Part shown: positions 47,263-61,857 of the stretch, piece by piece
How positions within the stretch are numbered: the stretch's first letter is position 1
How the letters are laid out: every line of letters starts with the position of its first letter
Made by a program: the position numbers and the translations under genes
NCBI GenBank assembly: GCA_024276495.1
Contig: JAJRXC010000073.1
Span: 18,360 to 82,359 of the forward strand
From: Actinomycetes bacterium
GTDB taxonomy: Bacteria > Actinomycetota > Acidimicrobiia > Acidimicrobiales > Aldehydirespiratoraceae
Length of the DNA: 64,000 bases
Reading direction: 5' to 3'
Notes under the pieces: generated by a model
Told to the model about the DNA's origin: nothing
Seen by the model: the letters and a program-made list of their open reading frames with translations, nothing else
Database searches by the model: none

Positions 47263-47982
47263 ATGGGAGACCCGAGACCGGAGAAGGTTGCGGTCGTCGA
47301 GGAGGTGAAGCAGAAGTTCACCGACGCCGACGGCGTGATGCTGACCGAGTATCGAGGCCTCGATGTCGGCGCGCTCGCCCAACTGCGTCGTGCGCTGCGC
47401 GATGCCGGCGGTGAGTACAAGATCTACAAGAACACCCTGGTGCGGCGTGCCGCGCAGGATGTGGGTCTGGAGATCGACGATCTGCTGATCGGCCCCACCG
47501 CCATCGCGTTCGTGGGCGAACGAGCCGATGGCTCCGCCGGCGACGTCGCCGCGGTGGCGAAGGCCCTGAAGGAGTTCGCGAAGACGAACGACTCGCTCGT
47601 GATCAAGGGCGGTGTGCTCGACGATCAGCTGCTCGGTGCCGAGGATCTGAAGGCGCTCGCCGAGCTTCCGTCGCGTGAGGTGCTGCTGGCGCAGTTGGCC
47701 GGTGCGCTTCAGGCGCCGATGGCCAAGTTCGCCGGGTTGCTGGCGGCGGTCCCCCGAGACTTCGCGTACGGACTGCAGGCGCTCATCGAGAAGGGCGGAG
47801 GCCCCGACGCGGCGGCTCCGGCAGCCGACGAGGCTCCCACCGAGGCCGAGGCGGATGCCCCGGCCGAAAAAGCTGAGAAGACAGAAGAAGAGAAGACAGA
47901 AGAAACCGACGAGGCCACCGTGGCCGAGACCGGCGATGCCGGCGAAGAGTCCGGCGATGCCGGTGAGGAAGAGGAGGCCTGA
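47263..47982 (+). CDS. rplJ: 50S ribosomal protein L10 with long acidic C-terminal tail
   Basis: [29 protein letters not shown]...[21 protein letters not shown] before ATG 47263. The track start 47128 runs through the non-triplet repeat and is rejected. Confidence 0.9.
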   Translation: MGDPRPEKVAVVEEVKQKFTDADGVMLTEYRGLDVGALAQLRRALRDAGGEYKIYKNTLVRRAAQDVGLEIDDLLIGPTAIAFVGERADGSAGDVAAVAKALKEFAKTNDSLVIKGGVLDDQLLGAEDLKALAELPSREVLLAQLAGALQAPMAKFAGLLAAVPRDFAYGLQALIEKGGGPDAAAPAADEAPTEAEADAPAEKAEKTEEEKTEETDEATVAETGDAGEESGDAGEEEEA

Positions 47983-47984
47983 TC

Positions 47985-48365
47985 ATGGCTACCAAGGAAG
48001 AGATTCTCGACGCGATCGGCGCCATGAGCGTCCTCGAGCTCAGCGAGTTGCTGTCGGACTTCGAGGAGAAGTTCGGCGTGACCGCAGCGGCTCCTGTCGC
48101 GGTTGCCGCCGCCCCCGCGGGTGGCGGTGACGGTGGTGCGGTCGAGGAGGAGAAGGACGAGTTCGATGTCGTGCTCACCAGCGCCGGCGACAAGAAGATC
48201 CAGGTCATCAAGGAGGTGCGCAGTCTCACGTCCCTCGGTCTCAAGGAGGCCAAGGAGCTGGTCGACGGCGCCCCGAAGCCGATCCTGGAGGGTGTGTCGA
48301 AGGACGAGGCCGAGAAGGCCAAGGAGGCCCTCGAAGCCGCCGGTGGCGGGGTCGAGCTGAAGTAG
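47985..48365 (+). CDS. rplL: 50S ribosomal protein L7/L12
   Basis: [32 protein letters not shown]...[23 protein letters not shown]. Confidence 0.96.
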   Translation: MATKEEILDAIGAMSVLELSELLSDFEEKFGVTAAAPVAVAAAPAGGGDGGAVEEEKDEFDVVLTSAGDKKIQVIKEVRSLTSLGLKEAKELVDGAPKPILEGVSKDEAEKAKEALEAAGGGVELK

Positions 48366-48393
48366 TTCTCCGCCGGTTCGGCAGTGAGCTCGA

Positions 48394-48434
48394 GAGATCG
48401 CGCCGGCTTCGGTCGGCGCGATCTCGCGTTTTCG
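48394..48434 (+). terminator. intrinsic terminator after rplL
   Basis: 12-bp perfect stem GAGATCGCGCCG-gcttcggt-CGGCGCGATCTC followed by gcgTTTTcg. Confidence 0.7.
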
Positions 48435-48476
48435 CGTCGGGGTCGAACCTCGTGTGCTCCGGCGTAGGGTGCGGCG

Positions 48477-49481
48477 ATGGGTGAAGTGATCTCGCATGTC
48501 AACGTCTGGCCGAACGACGACGAGTTGATCGTCTCGTGGCGCGGTGGATCCGCGAATGTGTCGGTCTTCGTGTCCGACGACCCCGACGACGCGGGGACCG
48601 ACGTGCGAGCACCCGACGGCCGTGGGCGGACGGTGATCGAGCGGACGGGGCGCCGCCGGTACATCCATCTCTTCGACCCGGATCACGGGTTTTTCGTCGC
48701 GGCCGAGCGGCGGATCGTCATGGACGGCCCGACGAACTTCCGTGACCTCGGCGGCTATCCGACCGAGGATGGTTCGATGACCCGCTGGGGTCGGGTCTTT
48801 CGCAGCGACGGGCTGCACGATCTCTCCGACGACGACCATCGGCGGCTCCGGGAGCTCGGGGTCACGATCGTGTTCGACCTGAGATCGGAGGGAGAGGTGC
48901 AAAGCGCCCCCGACCGGCTTCCGGCCGACATCGAGCATGTTCATCTGCCGATGTCGAGTGATGTCGCCCAGCAGCGGTCGATGCTGCAACGCATCATCGA
49001 CGGTGACTTGCCCAAGTTCGACGAAGACGACATGAGCGAGGGGTATCTCCGGATGTTGGAGGGGTTCCCCGAGCACCTGGCCCGGATGGTGACCGCGGTG
49101 GCCGACGGTAAGCGGGTGCTCTTCCACTGCACCGCGGGCAAGGACCGCACCGGCATCACCGCGATGACGCTTCTCGGTCTGGTCGACGTCGCCGAGGCGC
49201 ACATCCTCGACGACTACGAGATCTCGGCAAGCTATCGGGTTCATTCGGCCGAGGGGGCGGCGTGGTTCGGCGAGCAGATTCGGGCGGCCGGGTACGATCC
49301 CGCCGACTACGAGGCGCTGTGGGGATCGCCTCGTCCGGCCATGGCGAAGACCCTCGACGGTCTCCGCGAGAAGTGGGGGGATCACGCCGCGTACGTTCGC
49401 AGCATCGGGGTCGACGAGGCCACCGTCGAGCGGGCCCGGGCGGCCTTGCTGGTCGATCCCCGCGGGGGGTCGCCAGCGTGA
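48477..49481 (+). CDS. protein-tyrosine phosphatase (CX5R) with extra N-terminal domain
   Basis: Active-site loop HCTAGKDRTG. TNFRDLGG motif of the Tyr_phosphatase_3-like family. About 80 extra N-terminal residues. Confidence 0.8.
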   Translation: MGEVISHVNVWPNDDELIVSWRGGSANVSVFVSDDPDDAGTDVRAPDGRGRTVIERTGRRRYIHLFDPDHGFFVAAERRIVMDGPTNFRDLGGYPTEDGSMTRWGRVFRSDGLHDLSDDDHRRLRELGVTIVFDLRSEGEVQSAPDRLPADIEHVHLPMSSDVAQQRSMLQRIIDGDLPKFDEDDMSEGYLRMLEGFPEHLARMVTAVADGKRVLFHCTAGKDRTGITAMTLLGLVDVAEAHILDDYEISASYRVHSAEGAAWFGEQIRAAGYDPADYEALWGSPRPAMAKTLDGLREKWGDHAAYVRSIGVDEATVERARAALLVDPRGGSPA

Positions 49482-49509
49482 CGATCAGGTTCCACCCGGG
49501 CGCTGGTGC

Positions 49510-49538
49510 TTGACGTTTTCGACCAGAACCCCTACCGT
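49510..49538 (+). promoter_or_regulatory. candidate sigma-A promoter for rpoBC (TTGACG-N17-TACCGT)
   Basis: Consensus-like -35 at 49510-49515, a 17-nt spacer, and a TAnnnT -10 at 49533-49538. Lies about 210 nt upstream of the rpoB start. Confidence 0.5.
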
Positions 49539-49756
49539 TTGCGGTCAATCCCGACCGGTACGACCGGCCCGGATTCGCACCGCCTGCGCTGGTCGGTGCC
49601 GCTTCCGGTTGTCCGGAAGTTGCCGCACGGCGGCGGACCCACTAGCGTGCAAAGCAACGTGGTCGTCCTCGCGCCTGTTCCGAATTTCTTTTCGTCGGTA
49701 CTCCGCGCCCGGGCGGCCGCTTGTCGTCCTCTTCCACGGCCAATCTTGGAGCCTCG

Positions 49757-52700
49757 GTGACCACACGCGCCCCACACCGCGAACGTTATTCATTCGGCAA
49801 CCTCCCGGAGGTTCTTGAACTTCCGGATCTGATCGCCGTACAGCGCAAGTCGTTCAAATGGCTGCTCGACGAGGGGCTGGCCCAGACCTTCCGCGACATC
49901 TCTCCGATCAAGGACTTCACGGAGACGCTCCAACTCGAGCTCGAGTTCGACCCCACCGACGAGGACCTTCGTCCGCCGCCGAAGTTCTCGGTCGAGGAGT
50001 GCAAGGAAAAGGACATGACCTACAGCGCACCGATCTTCGTGCGCGCCCGGTTCATGAACGCCAACACCGGTGAGATCAAGGAACAGACGGTGTTCATGGG
50101 CGACTTCCCCATGATGACCGACAAGGGCACCTTCATCATCAACGGCACCGAACGGGTCGTCGTGTCGCAGCTCGTGCGGTCGCCCGGTGTCATCTTCCAG
50201 CCCGGTGAGCGGTTCCGCCTGCGCAACCTGAGCAAGCACCAGCTCGTCACCGGCACCGTTCATCCCTACCGCGGCGAGTGGATCGAGTTCGACGTCGAGC
50301 AAAAGCCCGGCAAGGACGTCACCGCCGGCGCCCGCGTCGCCCGCAAGCGCCGCATCTCGCTGTTCACCCTCCTGCGGGCCCTCGGATACGACGAGGAGAG
50401 CGAGCCCGGGTTCCTCGACAAGTTCGTCGAGTACTTCGACTTCCTCGAAGGGCAGTGGGAAAAGGACCGGGAGATCGCCCCGACCCAAGAAGAGTCCCTT
50501 CTCGAGATCTACAAGCGGGCCCGTCCCGGTGAGCCCCCGACGGTTGAGTCGGCCCGCGCCTACTTCCGCAACGCGTTCTTCGAGCCCCGCCGGTACGACC
50601 TCAGCCGCGTCGGCCGCTACAAGCTCAACCGCAAGCTCGGCCCCGAGCTCGACTTCCTGGAGAAGCAGTTCAAGCTGAAGATCGATCGGCCCGACGCGGA
50701 CCAGTCGGTGCTGGCCCAGGCCGAGATGCTCGCCGCCACCACCTACCTGCTCAACCTCGCCAAGGGTGAACCCGGCTACCGCCTCGACGACCAGGACCAC
50801 TTCGCCAACCGGCGCATCCGCAGCGTCGGTGAGCTGATCCAGAACCAGGTGCGGATCGGCCTGTCCCGCATGGAGCGGGTCGTGCGCGAGCGCATGACCA
50901 CCCAGGACGTGGAGGCGATCACCCCGCAGACGCTGATCAACATCCGTCCGGTCGTGGCTGCCATCAAGGAGTTCTTCGGCACGTCGCAGCTCTCGCAGTT
51001 CATGGACCAGGTCAACCCGCTGTCGGGTCTGACCCACCGTCGCCGCCTGTCGGCGCTCGGCCCGGGTGGCCTGTCGCGGGAACGGGCGGGCTTCGAAGTG
51101 CGAGACGTGCACTTCTCCCACTACGGACGCATGTGCCCGATCGAGACCCCGGAAGGTCCCAACATCGGGCTGATCGGGGGCCTGGCGAGCTACGCCCGGG
51201 TCAACCCGTTCGGATTCATCGAGACGCCGTACCGCGTCGTCAAGAAGGGCAAGGTCACCGACGAGATCGTCTACCTCACCGCCGATGAGGAAGAGGACTA
51301 CGTCGTCGCCCAGGCCAACGCGCCCATCGACGCGAAGGGCAACTTCCTCGCCGATCGGGTGCTGGTGCGTCGATCGCCGCAGGCCGCGTCCCTCCAGGAC
51401 CTGCGCCTCCAGCTCGAACAAGAGGTGTTCTTCGGCGCGACCACCGAGATCTCGTCGGTCCCGCCCGACGAGGTCCAGATGATGGACGTCTCACCGAAGC
51501 AGATCATCTCGGTCGCCACCGCGCTGATCCCCTTCCTCGAGCACGACGACGCCAACCGGGCCCTCATGGGCGCCAACATGCAACGCCAGGCGGTGCCGCT
51601 GGTTCGCGCCGAAGCGCCCTACATCGGCACCGGCATCGAAGCCCGCTGCGCCTACGACGCCGCCGACATGGTCCTCGCCGAGGACGACGGCACCGTGATC
51701 GAGCTCGACGGCGACCACATGGTCCTCGACTACAAGAAGCTCGGACAAAAGACGATCCGGCTCAAGACCTTCGAACGGTCCAACCAGGACTCCTGCATCA
51801 CCCAGAAGCCCCGGGTGGCCGAAGGCGACAAGGTCAAGGCCGGCCAGCTGCTCGCCGACGGACCATCGACCGACAACGGCGAACTGGCGCTCGGCAAGAA
51901 CCTCCTCGTGGCGTTCATGCCATGGGAGGGCTACAACTTCGAGGACGCGATCATCCTCTCCGAACGACTCGTGAAGGACGACGTGCTCACGTCGATCCAC
52001 ATCCACGAACACGAGATCGACGCCCGTGACACCAAGCTGGGCCCCGAGGAGATCACCCGCGACATCCCGAACCTCTCCGAGGAGATCCTCGCCGATCTCG
52101 ACGAGCGCGGCATCATCCGCGTCGGTGCGGAGGTCGGGCCCGGCGATGTCCTCGTCGGCAAGGTCACCCCGAAGGGTGAGACGGAGCTGACCCCCGAGGA
52201 ACGGCTCCTGCGGGCCATCTTCGGCGAGAAGGCCCGTGAGGTGCGCGACACCTCGCTCAAGGTCCCCCACGGGGAGACCGGCAAGGTCATCGACGTCAAG
52301 GTGTTCAACCGCGACGACGCCCATGAGCTCCCGCCGGGCGTCAACCAGCTCGTGCGAGTCTATGTCGGCCAGAAGCGCAAGATCAGCGTCGGCGACAAGC
52401 TCGCCGGTCGCCACGGCAACAAGGGCGTCATCTCCCGGATCCTCCCGATCGAGGACATGCCGTTCACCGCCGACGGGCAGCAGGTCGACATCATCCTCAA
52501 CCCGCTCGGTGTGCCGTCCCGCATGAACGTCGGGCAGGTGCTCGAAGCCCACCTCGGCTACTGCGCCCGGTGGGGCTGGGAGATCGACGGCGAGCGGGTC
52601 GGCGACGACCCGATCCGCGGCACCGAGAACAAGACCCGGCCCACGACCAAGCCTGCCACCTTCGTCGCCACCCCGGTGTTCGACGGGGCCAAATGGGATG

Positions 52701-53347
52701 AGCAGCAACTCGCCGGCGACAAGCCGGTGATCGTCGACATCTTGAGAAACCTGAACCCGGAGTCGGCCGACGGCCAGACCCGGCTGATCGGCGAGAACGG
52801 CAAGCAGACCCTCTACAACGGCCGGACCGGCGAGCCCTACGACAACCCGGTCATGACCGGCTACGTCTACATCTTGAAGCTGGCCCACCTGGTCGACGAC
52901 AAGATCCACGCCCGGTCCACCGGCCCGTACTCGATGATCACCCAACAGCCGCTCGGCGGAAAGGCCCAGTTCGGCGGTCAGCGTTTCGGCGAGATGGAGG
53001 TGTGGGCCCTCGAGGCCTACGGCGCGGCCTACTGCCTGCAGGAGCTGCTCACCATCAAGTCCGACGACGTGCTCGGTCGGGTGAAGGTGTACGAGGCGAT
53101 CGTGAAGGGCGAGAACATCCCCGAGCCGGGGATCCCCGAGTCCTTCAAGGTGCTCATCAAGGAGATGCAGGCGTTGTGCATCAACGTCGAGGTGCTCTCG
53201 AAGGACGGTCAGGAGATCGAGATGCGTGAGCTCGACGAGGAGACCTTCCGGACGGTCGAGGAGCTGGGGATCGATCTCCAGCGGCCCGAACGTGGATCAG
53301 ACGAAGAAGACGCAGCTCGTGCCGCCGCTCGTGCGGCCCGGGCCTGA
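49757..53347 (+). CDS. rpoB: DNA-directed RNA polymerase subunit beta
   Basis: Conserved RpoB blocks throughout ([39 protein letters not shown] and others). GTG 49757 after GGAG is preferred over TTG 49721. Confidence 0.97.
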   Translation: MTTRAPHRERYSFGNLPEVLELPDLIAVQRKSFKWLLDEGLAQTFRDISPIKDFTETLQLELEFDPTDEDLRPPPKFSVEECKEKDMTYSAPIFVRARFMNANTGEIKEQTVFMGDFPMMTDKGTFIINGTERVVVSQLVRSPGVIFQPGERFRLRNLSKHQLVTGTVHPYRGEWIEFDVEQKPGKDVTAGARVARKRRISLFTLLRALGYDEESEPGFLDKFVEYFDFLEGQWEKDREIAPTQEESLLEIYKRARPGEPPTVESARAYFRNAFFEPRRYDLSRVGRYKLNRKLGPELDFLEKQFKLKIDRPDADQSVLAQAEMLAATTYLLNLAKGEPGYRLDDQDHFANRRIRSVGELIQNQVRIGLSRMERVVRERMTTQDVEAITPQTLINIRPVVAAIKEFFGTSQLSQFMDQVNPLSGLTHRRRLSALGPGGLSRERAGFEVRDVHFSHYGRMCPIETPEGPNIGLIGGLASYARVNPFGFIETPYRVVKKGKVTDEIVYLTADEEEDYVVAQANAPIDAKGNFLADRVLVRRSPQAASLQDLRLQLEQEVFFGATTEISSVPPDEVQMMDVSPKQIISVATALIPFLEHDDANRALMGANMQRQAVPLVRAEAPYIGTGIEARCAYDAADMVLAEDDGTVIELDGDHMVLDYKKLGQKTIRLKTFERSNQDSCITQKPRVAEGDKVKAGQLLADGPSTDNGELALGKNLLVAFMPWEGYNFEDAIILSERLVKDDVLTSIHIHEHEIDARDTKLGPEEITRDIPNLSEEILADLDERGIIRVGAEVGPGDVLVGKVTPKGETELTPEERLLRAIFGEKAREVRDTSLKVPHGETGKVIDVKVFNRDDAHELPPGVNQLVRVYVGQKRKISVGDKLAGRHGNKGVISRILPIEDMPFTADGQQVDIILNPLGVPSRMNVGQVLEAHLGYCARWGWEIDGERVGDDPIRGTENKTRPTTKPATFVATPVFDGAKWDEQQLAGDKPVIVDILRNLNPESADGQTRLIGENGKQTLYNGRTGEPYDNPVMTGYVYILKLAHLVDDKIHARSTGPYSMITQQPLGGKAQFGGQRFGEMEVWALEAYGAAYCLQELLTIKSDDVLGRVKVYEAIVKGENIPEPGIPESFKVLIKEMQALCINVEVLSKDGQEIEMRELDEETFRTVEELGIDLQRPERGSDEEDAARAAARAARA

Positions 53348-53376
53348 GACCGGCGAAGACACCGACAGGACTGAAC

Positions 53377-57285
<3,909 letters not shown>

Positions 57286-57300
57286 CCCTCCTGGTTTTCC

Positions 57301-57335
57301 GACATCTGCGGACCGTCTGACGGTCCGCAGATGTC
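57301..57335. terminator. 15-bp perfect hairpin between convergent rpoC and the SDR gene
   Basis: GACATCTGCGGACCG-tctga-CGGTCCGCAGATGTC. TTTT lies on the 5' side only. Confidence 0.55.
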
Positions 57336-57357
57336 ACAGAACCGGGGAGGGGTGGGG

Positions 57358-58194
57358 TCAGGAGCGGTTGTGAAGGGGACCGGCGGGCAGGGTGCCGTCG
57401 ACATCGGTGAAGCCGTAGTGATCGGCGAGCGTGCGCGACGCGACGGCTTGGCCGGACCATCGGCCCGCGTCCGGATCGGCCGCGATGGCGGCGACGGCTC
57501 GGCCCGTGAAGCGCGACGACTCGGCGACGGACACATCGAGTGAGTCGGGGAGCAGACCGGCTGCCTCGGCGAGATCGATGCGTTCGGTCCGGACGAAGCC
57601 GGGCCAAAGCGACACGACGTGCACACCATGGGGTTCGAGCTCGTGGGCCGTGTCGGTGGTCAACCGGTCAAGGGCGCACTTGCCGACGCCGTAGGCCACA
57701 TGCCACGCGTACTCCCGGGCCCCCGACGAGCTGATGTTGGCGATCAGCCCCCCGCCGGCGGGCACCATGAACCGGCCCGCCGCGAACACGCTGGCGACAT
57801 AGGCCGAACGAGTACCCACATCGATCATGTCGTCCCAGTTCGAGATCGGCACCTCCCAGAACGGCCGACCGGAGGTCAGCTCGTCGCTCACGATGAAGGC
57901 GTTGTTGACGACGATGTCGAGGCGCCCGTGTGCATCGGCGACCCGATCGAAGACCCGCTCGACCGCCTCGTCATCGCGGTGGTCGCACACGACCGCGACC
58001 GCCGAGCCGCCCGACCCGACGATCTCCGCCGCCGTGCCGGCGACGGTGCCGGGAAGCGGATGGTCGTCCTCGGTCGCGGACCGGCCGGTGACATAGACCG
58101 TCGCCCCCGCCGCCGCGAGCTCCAACGCGCAGCCCTTCCCGATCCCCCGGCTCGCCCCGGTGACGATCGCGACTTTTCCCTTGAGGGCTCCCAT
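57358..58194 (-). CDS. short-chain dehydrogenase/reductase
   Basis: KVAIVTGASRGIGKG (TGxxxGxG), NNAF, and YGVGK (YxxxK). ATG 58194 (MGALKGK) is preferred. Confidence 0.85.
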   Translation of the reverse strand: MGALKGKVAIVTGASRGIGKGCALELAAAGATVYVTGRSATEDDHPLPGTVAGTAAEIVGSGGSAVAVVCDHRDDEAVERVFDRVADAHGRLDIVVNNAFIVSDELTSGRPFWEVPISNWDDMIDVGTRSAYVASVFAAGRFMVPAGGGLIANISSSGAREYAWHVAYGVGKCALDRLTTDTAHELEPHGVHVVSLWPGFVRTERIDLAEAAGLLPDSLDVSVAESSRFTGRAVAAIAADPDAGRWSGQAVASRTLADHYGFTDVDGTLPAGPLHNRS

Positions 58195-58196
58195 GG

Positions 58197-59684
58197 TCAA
58201 ACCTCCTCGTCGATGATCGGCTCGGCGCCGGTCCAGGCCCGGAAACGGGCACCGTCGAGGTCGTCGACGACCTCGATCACCCGGCCCAGGACCACCTGTC
58301 GCCGTCGACGTCGATCGTGGATCGGCCAGGCGCCGACCGGCGCGCACCCGGGTCGAAGCGAATGACAAAACGACGCCCACGCGGTCCGAATCGCCGCGGA
58401 GAGGGCGTTCGCGGCCGCGGCATCGGTGCCGGTCGCCCCGAGGAAATCCCGCCAGTTCGCGACGTCGAGCGTTCCGAAGGTAAAGGGCAGGTCGGTCGCG
58501 TGGGCGGCCCTGATCCGCGGGGCCTCCCAGGCGAACCGGTAGCGCCAGACCGGGAGACCCCGCGCGGCGTGGCTGTCGGCGATCACGGCGGCCGGGAGGT
58601 GGAGATCGGTGTCGGCGATCGCCTCGGCCAGGTCGCCATCCACCGAGTCGAGGCCGCGTCGGGCCGCGTCCTCGGAGGCGGTCGGGCCAAGCGTCGGCGC
58701 GAGCTTGCCGGCGAGGAACGGGATCGAGAACTCGGTGGGGAGCTCCGGGATGGCCTCACGAAAGAGCTCCATCTCGTGCATCGTCGTACCGATCACCAGC
58801 GGTACCGCGGCGAGCGTGCCGGCTCGGGCTGCGTCCAGCGGCGAGCCGGTGAGCAGGTCGCCGTCGACCACGGGGTGCAGCGGCATCATGCCGACGGTCG
58901 CCAGCATCTCGGCATCGGCGATCGCCTGCGCCGCCAACAACTCGTCGAGGGGGAGTGGACGCAGCCCGTGCACACAATCGACGCCCGCGGCCCGCAGCAA
59001 CGCAGCGGTGACGGTTGCCGCGGCGGGGGTCGTCAGCGTCGAACCCGGCGCACCGCTTTGGATGATCGCGCCGGCGATCAGTGATTCGGTTTCGGGGACC
59101 GCGAGTAGGTGGGCGATGGCGCCCGCGCCGGCCGACTCGCCCATCAGGATGATCCGATCGGGGTCGCCGCCGAAGGCCGAGACCTCGGATCGCAGCCAAC
59201 GGAGCGCGGCGAGCAGATCGCGCAGCCCGAAGTTGGCGGGGACGCCATCGGCGAAGAGAAACCCGAGTGCGCCGAGGCGGTAGTTCACACCGACGACGAC
59301 GAGGTCGGCCTCCGCCGCGAGCCGGGCACCGTCGTAGGTCGCGAGCGCGGCGCCGCCGATCTGGTAGCGACCGCCGGGGATCCACACCAGCACCGGGCGC
59401 CGGCCCGAGACGTCGGGAGTCCAGATCTCCGCCGCGAGGCAGTCCTCGCCGATGCCGGCGACGGTCATATCGGGAACGAGCTGCTCCTCGTCGACCGGCT
59501 GGGGGGCGGCGGGGGCCGGTTCGGTCGCGTCGACGACATCGGGCCACGGATCGACGGGCTGCGGCAGTTCGAACCGTTCGGCCCGGGCGTAGCGCACCCC
59601 CCGAAAGACCGTGACGGTCCCGGCGGGTCCGGCGACGAGACGCCCCCGAAGGCGCCCCGCGCTCGTTGCGGTCTCGACTGTCAT
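58197..59684 (-). CDS. type-B carboxylesterase (para-nitrobenzyl esterase-like)
   Basis: FRGVRYA, VLVWIPGGRYQIGG and GESAGAG nucleophile elbow. ATG 59684 (or TTG 59690) is the start. The stop abuts the downstream SDR start. Confidence 0.88.
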   Translation of the reverse strand: MTVETATSAGRLRGRLVAGPAGTVTVFRGVRYARAERFELPQPVDPWPDVVDATEPAPAAPQPVDEEQLVPDMTVAGIGEDCLAAEIWTPDVSGRRPVLVWIPGGRYQIGGAALATYDGARLAAEADLVVVGVNYRLGALGFLFADGVPANFGLRDLLAALRWLRSEVSAFGGDPDRIILMGESAGAGAIAHLLAVPETESLIAGAIIQSGAPGSTLTTPAAATVTAALLRAAGVDCVHGLRPLPLDELLAAQAIADAEMLATVGMMPLHPVVDGDLLTGSPLDAARAGTLAAVPLVIGTTMHEMELFREAIPELPTEFSIPFLAGKLAPTLGPTASEDAARRGLDSVDGDLAEAIADTDLHLPAAVIADSHAARGLPVWRYRFAWEAPRIRAAHATDLPFTFGTLDVANWRDFLGATGTDAAAANALSAAIRTAWASFCHSLRPGCAPVGAWPIHDRRRRRQVVLGRVIEVVDDLDGARFRAWTGAEPIIDEEV

Positions 59685-59686
59685 CG

Positions 59687-60943
59687 TCAAAAGGCGTTCG
59701 GGTCGTGTCGCACGGCCTCGGGGACCGGATGCCCGAACAGCTCACTCGCGTTCTGCCAGGTGACCCGCCGGATCTCGGCGTCGGTCAGGCCGGCGATCTG
59801 GGCCGCGATCTTCTCCTGGGTGTGGGGCCAGGTCGAGTCGGCGTGGGGGTAGTCGGACTCGAGCAGGATGTTCTCGATGCCGATGACGTCGCGTTGGAGA
59901 AAGGCCGAGGGGTCATCGATCGCGCACACCCAGAAGTTGCGGCGGAACGTGTCGGCCGGGCTGATGGTGAGATCGTTCCAGGTGCCGTACATCGAGTCGT
60001 ACTTGCGGACGTGGTCGAGCCGGTCGAGGAGCCCGGCGACCCAGCCGATGCCGCCCTCCGAGAGGCAGATCTTCAGCTCGGGAAACCGGATCGGGAGACG
60101 GGAGTAGAGCCAATCGACGGCGGCGAACATCGCGTAGCCGAAGAACAGCACCCCGATCGTGTCGCTCGGCGCGTCGGGCGCGGTGGCCGGTGATGTGCCC
60201 GAGGACCCCACATGGAGGCACACGACCGTGCCGGTCTCCTCGCAGGCGGCCATGAGGGGATCCCAATGGCCGCTGTGAAGGGTCGGCAGGCCGAGCAGGT
60301 GGGGCGCCTCGGAGAACGTCACCGCCTTGAATCCCCGTTCGGCGTTTCGTCGGATCTCGGCGGCGGCGACCTCGGGATCGAGCAGGTAGGGAAGCTGGAG
60401 GGGAATGATCCGGGCCGGGTCGTGGGCGCACCACTCCTCGATGCACCAATCGTTCCAGGCCCGCACACAGGCCAACGCCAGCTCGGGGTCGCCCGCGAGT
60501 TGCTGCAGGCGTTGACCGGCGAATCCGGGGAGGAACGACGGGAAGCAGACCGACGCGTAGACGCCGTTGAGGTCCATGTCCGCGAGGCGGGCCTCGATGT
60601 CCCACGCGCCCTTGCGCATCTGATCGAACCGTGTCGGTTCGAAGCTGTACTCCTCGACCGGCCGGCCGACGACGGCGTTGAACCCGACGTTGGGCATCAC
60701 CTCGCCCTCGAAAACCCAGGCCTCCGAGCCGTCGTCCTGTTCGACGACGCGGGGAGCCCGGTCGGCGAGGGCAGCCGGGAACCGGCCCTCGAAGGTGTGG
60801 GCGGGCTCGACGATGTGGTCATCGACCGAGATCACGGTGAAGTGACGTGTGGCCGGATTCGGTTCGGGAAGAAACGAGACGGCCCCTTTCGCCACCGTCG
60901 TGAATCCCTCGCGGTTCGCCAGATCGTCCAATGAGATCGCCAT
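59687..60943 (-). CDS. amidohydrolase-2 (ACMSD-like) family metal hydrolase/decarboxylase
   Basis: ISVDDHIVEP, FPSFLPGF, VCLHVGSS and ESDYPHADS are the remembered amidohydrolase_2 pattern. GAAGGAAG RBS before ATG 60943. Confidence 0.82.
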   Translation of the reverse strand: MAISLDDLANREGFTTVAKGAVSFLPEPNPATRHFTVISVDDHIVEPAHTFEGRFPAALADRAPRVVEQDDGSEAWVFEGEVMPNVGFNAVVGRPVEEYSFEPTRFDQMRKGAWDIEARLADMDLNGVYASVCFPSFLPGFAGQRLQQLAGDPELALACVRAWNDWCIEEWCAHDPARIIPLQLPYLLDPEVAAAEIRRNAERGFKAVTFSEAPHLLGLPTLHSGHWDPLMAACEETGTVVCLHVGSSGTSPATAPDAPSDTIGVLFFGYAMFAAVDWLYSRLPIRFPELKICLSEGGIGWVAGLLDRLDHVRKYDSMYGTWNDLTISPADTFRRNFWVCAIDDPSAFLQRDVIGIENILLESDYPHADSTWPHTQEKIAAQIAGLTDAEIRRVTWQNASELFGHPVPEAVRHDPNAF

Positions 60944-60945
60944 GG

Positions 60946-61728
60946 TCAGCTTCCTTCTTCGAGAACGTCGGGTTCGTGCGCGACGAGTTGGCGAATCGCG
61001 CCGTCCCAATAGGCCGGGGCGGCCCGTTCGATCAACGACGCCTTCAGTTGCGACTGAAACCGGGGCGCGATCGGGGTTGCGCCCTCGCCGATCGATCGCA
61101 GTCGGAGGTGCATCTCGCACGTGCGTTCGAAGAGCACGCTCTTGTAGACCGCCTCGGCCATGGTGGGCGCGGTCACGATCACGCCGTGGCTGACCAACAA
61201 CGCGACCGTCGCGTCCCCGATCGCCTCGGCCAGCGCGGCACCGAGAACGGGTGAGTCGACCTCGCCGTCGTAGTCGCCGACGACGGTCATCTCGTCGGCG
61301 AGGATGCTCGAGTTCTGGTGGACGATCTCGGGGAGCTCGGGCACCGCGGCGAGAACGGACGCGTGGATGGGGTGACTGTGGACCACGACACGGGCTTCGG
61401 GCCGGCGGCGGTGCAACTCGGTGTGGATGTGGATCGCCGGGGTGACGTCCCAGGATCCCGCGACGACGGCACCGTCGAGATCGACCCCGATGACATCGGC
61501 AGCGCGGACCTCCCGCCACCAGAAGCCCCACGGGTTGACGAGCAGGGTGTCGCGACCGGGCCGCTGCCAGCTGACATGGCCCGTCATGTTCTCGGAGAAC
61601 CCGGCGATGTCGAGATGACGGACCGCGCAGGCCAGCTCCTGGCGCGGCGAGAGATCGACCCCGCGGGGTGGGACGCGATCGGGTGCCCAGGCGGCCAGCC
61701 CGCCGACCCGTTCCATCGAACCTGTCAT
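60946..61728 (-). CDS. class II aldolase/adducin-domain protein
   Basis: TGHVSWQ, IHTELHRRRPEARVVVHSHP and LVSHGVIVTAPTMAEA. Start uncertain: 61728, 61716 or 61764. Confidence 0.8.
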   Translation of the reverse strand: MTGSMERVGGLAAWAPDRVPPRGVDLSPRQELACAVRHLDIAGFSENMTGHVSWQRPGRDTLLVNPWGFWWREVRAADVIGVDLDGAVVAGSWDVTPAIHIHTELHRRRPEARVVVHSHPIHASVLAAVPELPEIVHQNSSILADEMTVVGDYDGEVDSPVLGAALAEAIGDATVALLVSHGVIVTAPTMAEAVYKSVLFERTCEMHLRLRSIGEGATPIAPRFQSQLKASLIERAAPAYWDGAIRQLVAHEPDVLEEGS

Positions 61729-61857
61729 CGTCCCCCCGGGGCTTCGTCGTGTCCGCGCCGACACTGCTCGCGCCGATACTACGAGCGCGACTGCCCGACG
61801 TCAGATGGTGAGGTGTCCCGGGACGGGTCGTTCTACGGTGGGCCGGTGGCCCGATCG

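Noticed and set aside
60961-60980. GAAC-N5-GTTC near the aldolase/amidohydrolase junction as a third SOS box.
   Set aside because: The spacer is 5 nt rather than 4, the site lies inside coding sequence, and the flanks do not match TCGAAC/GTTCGA.
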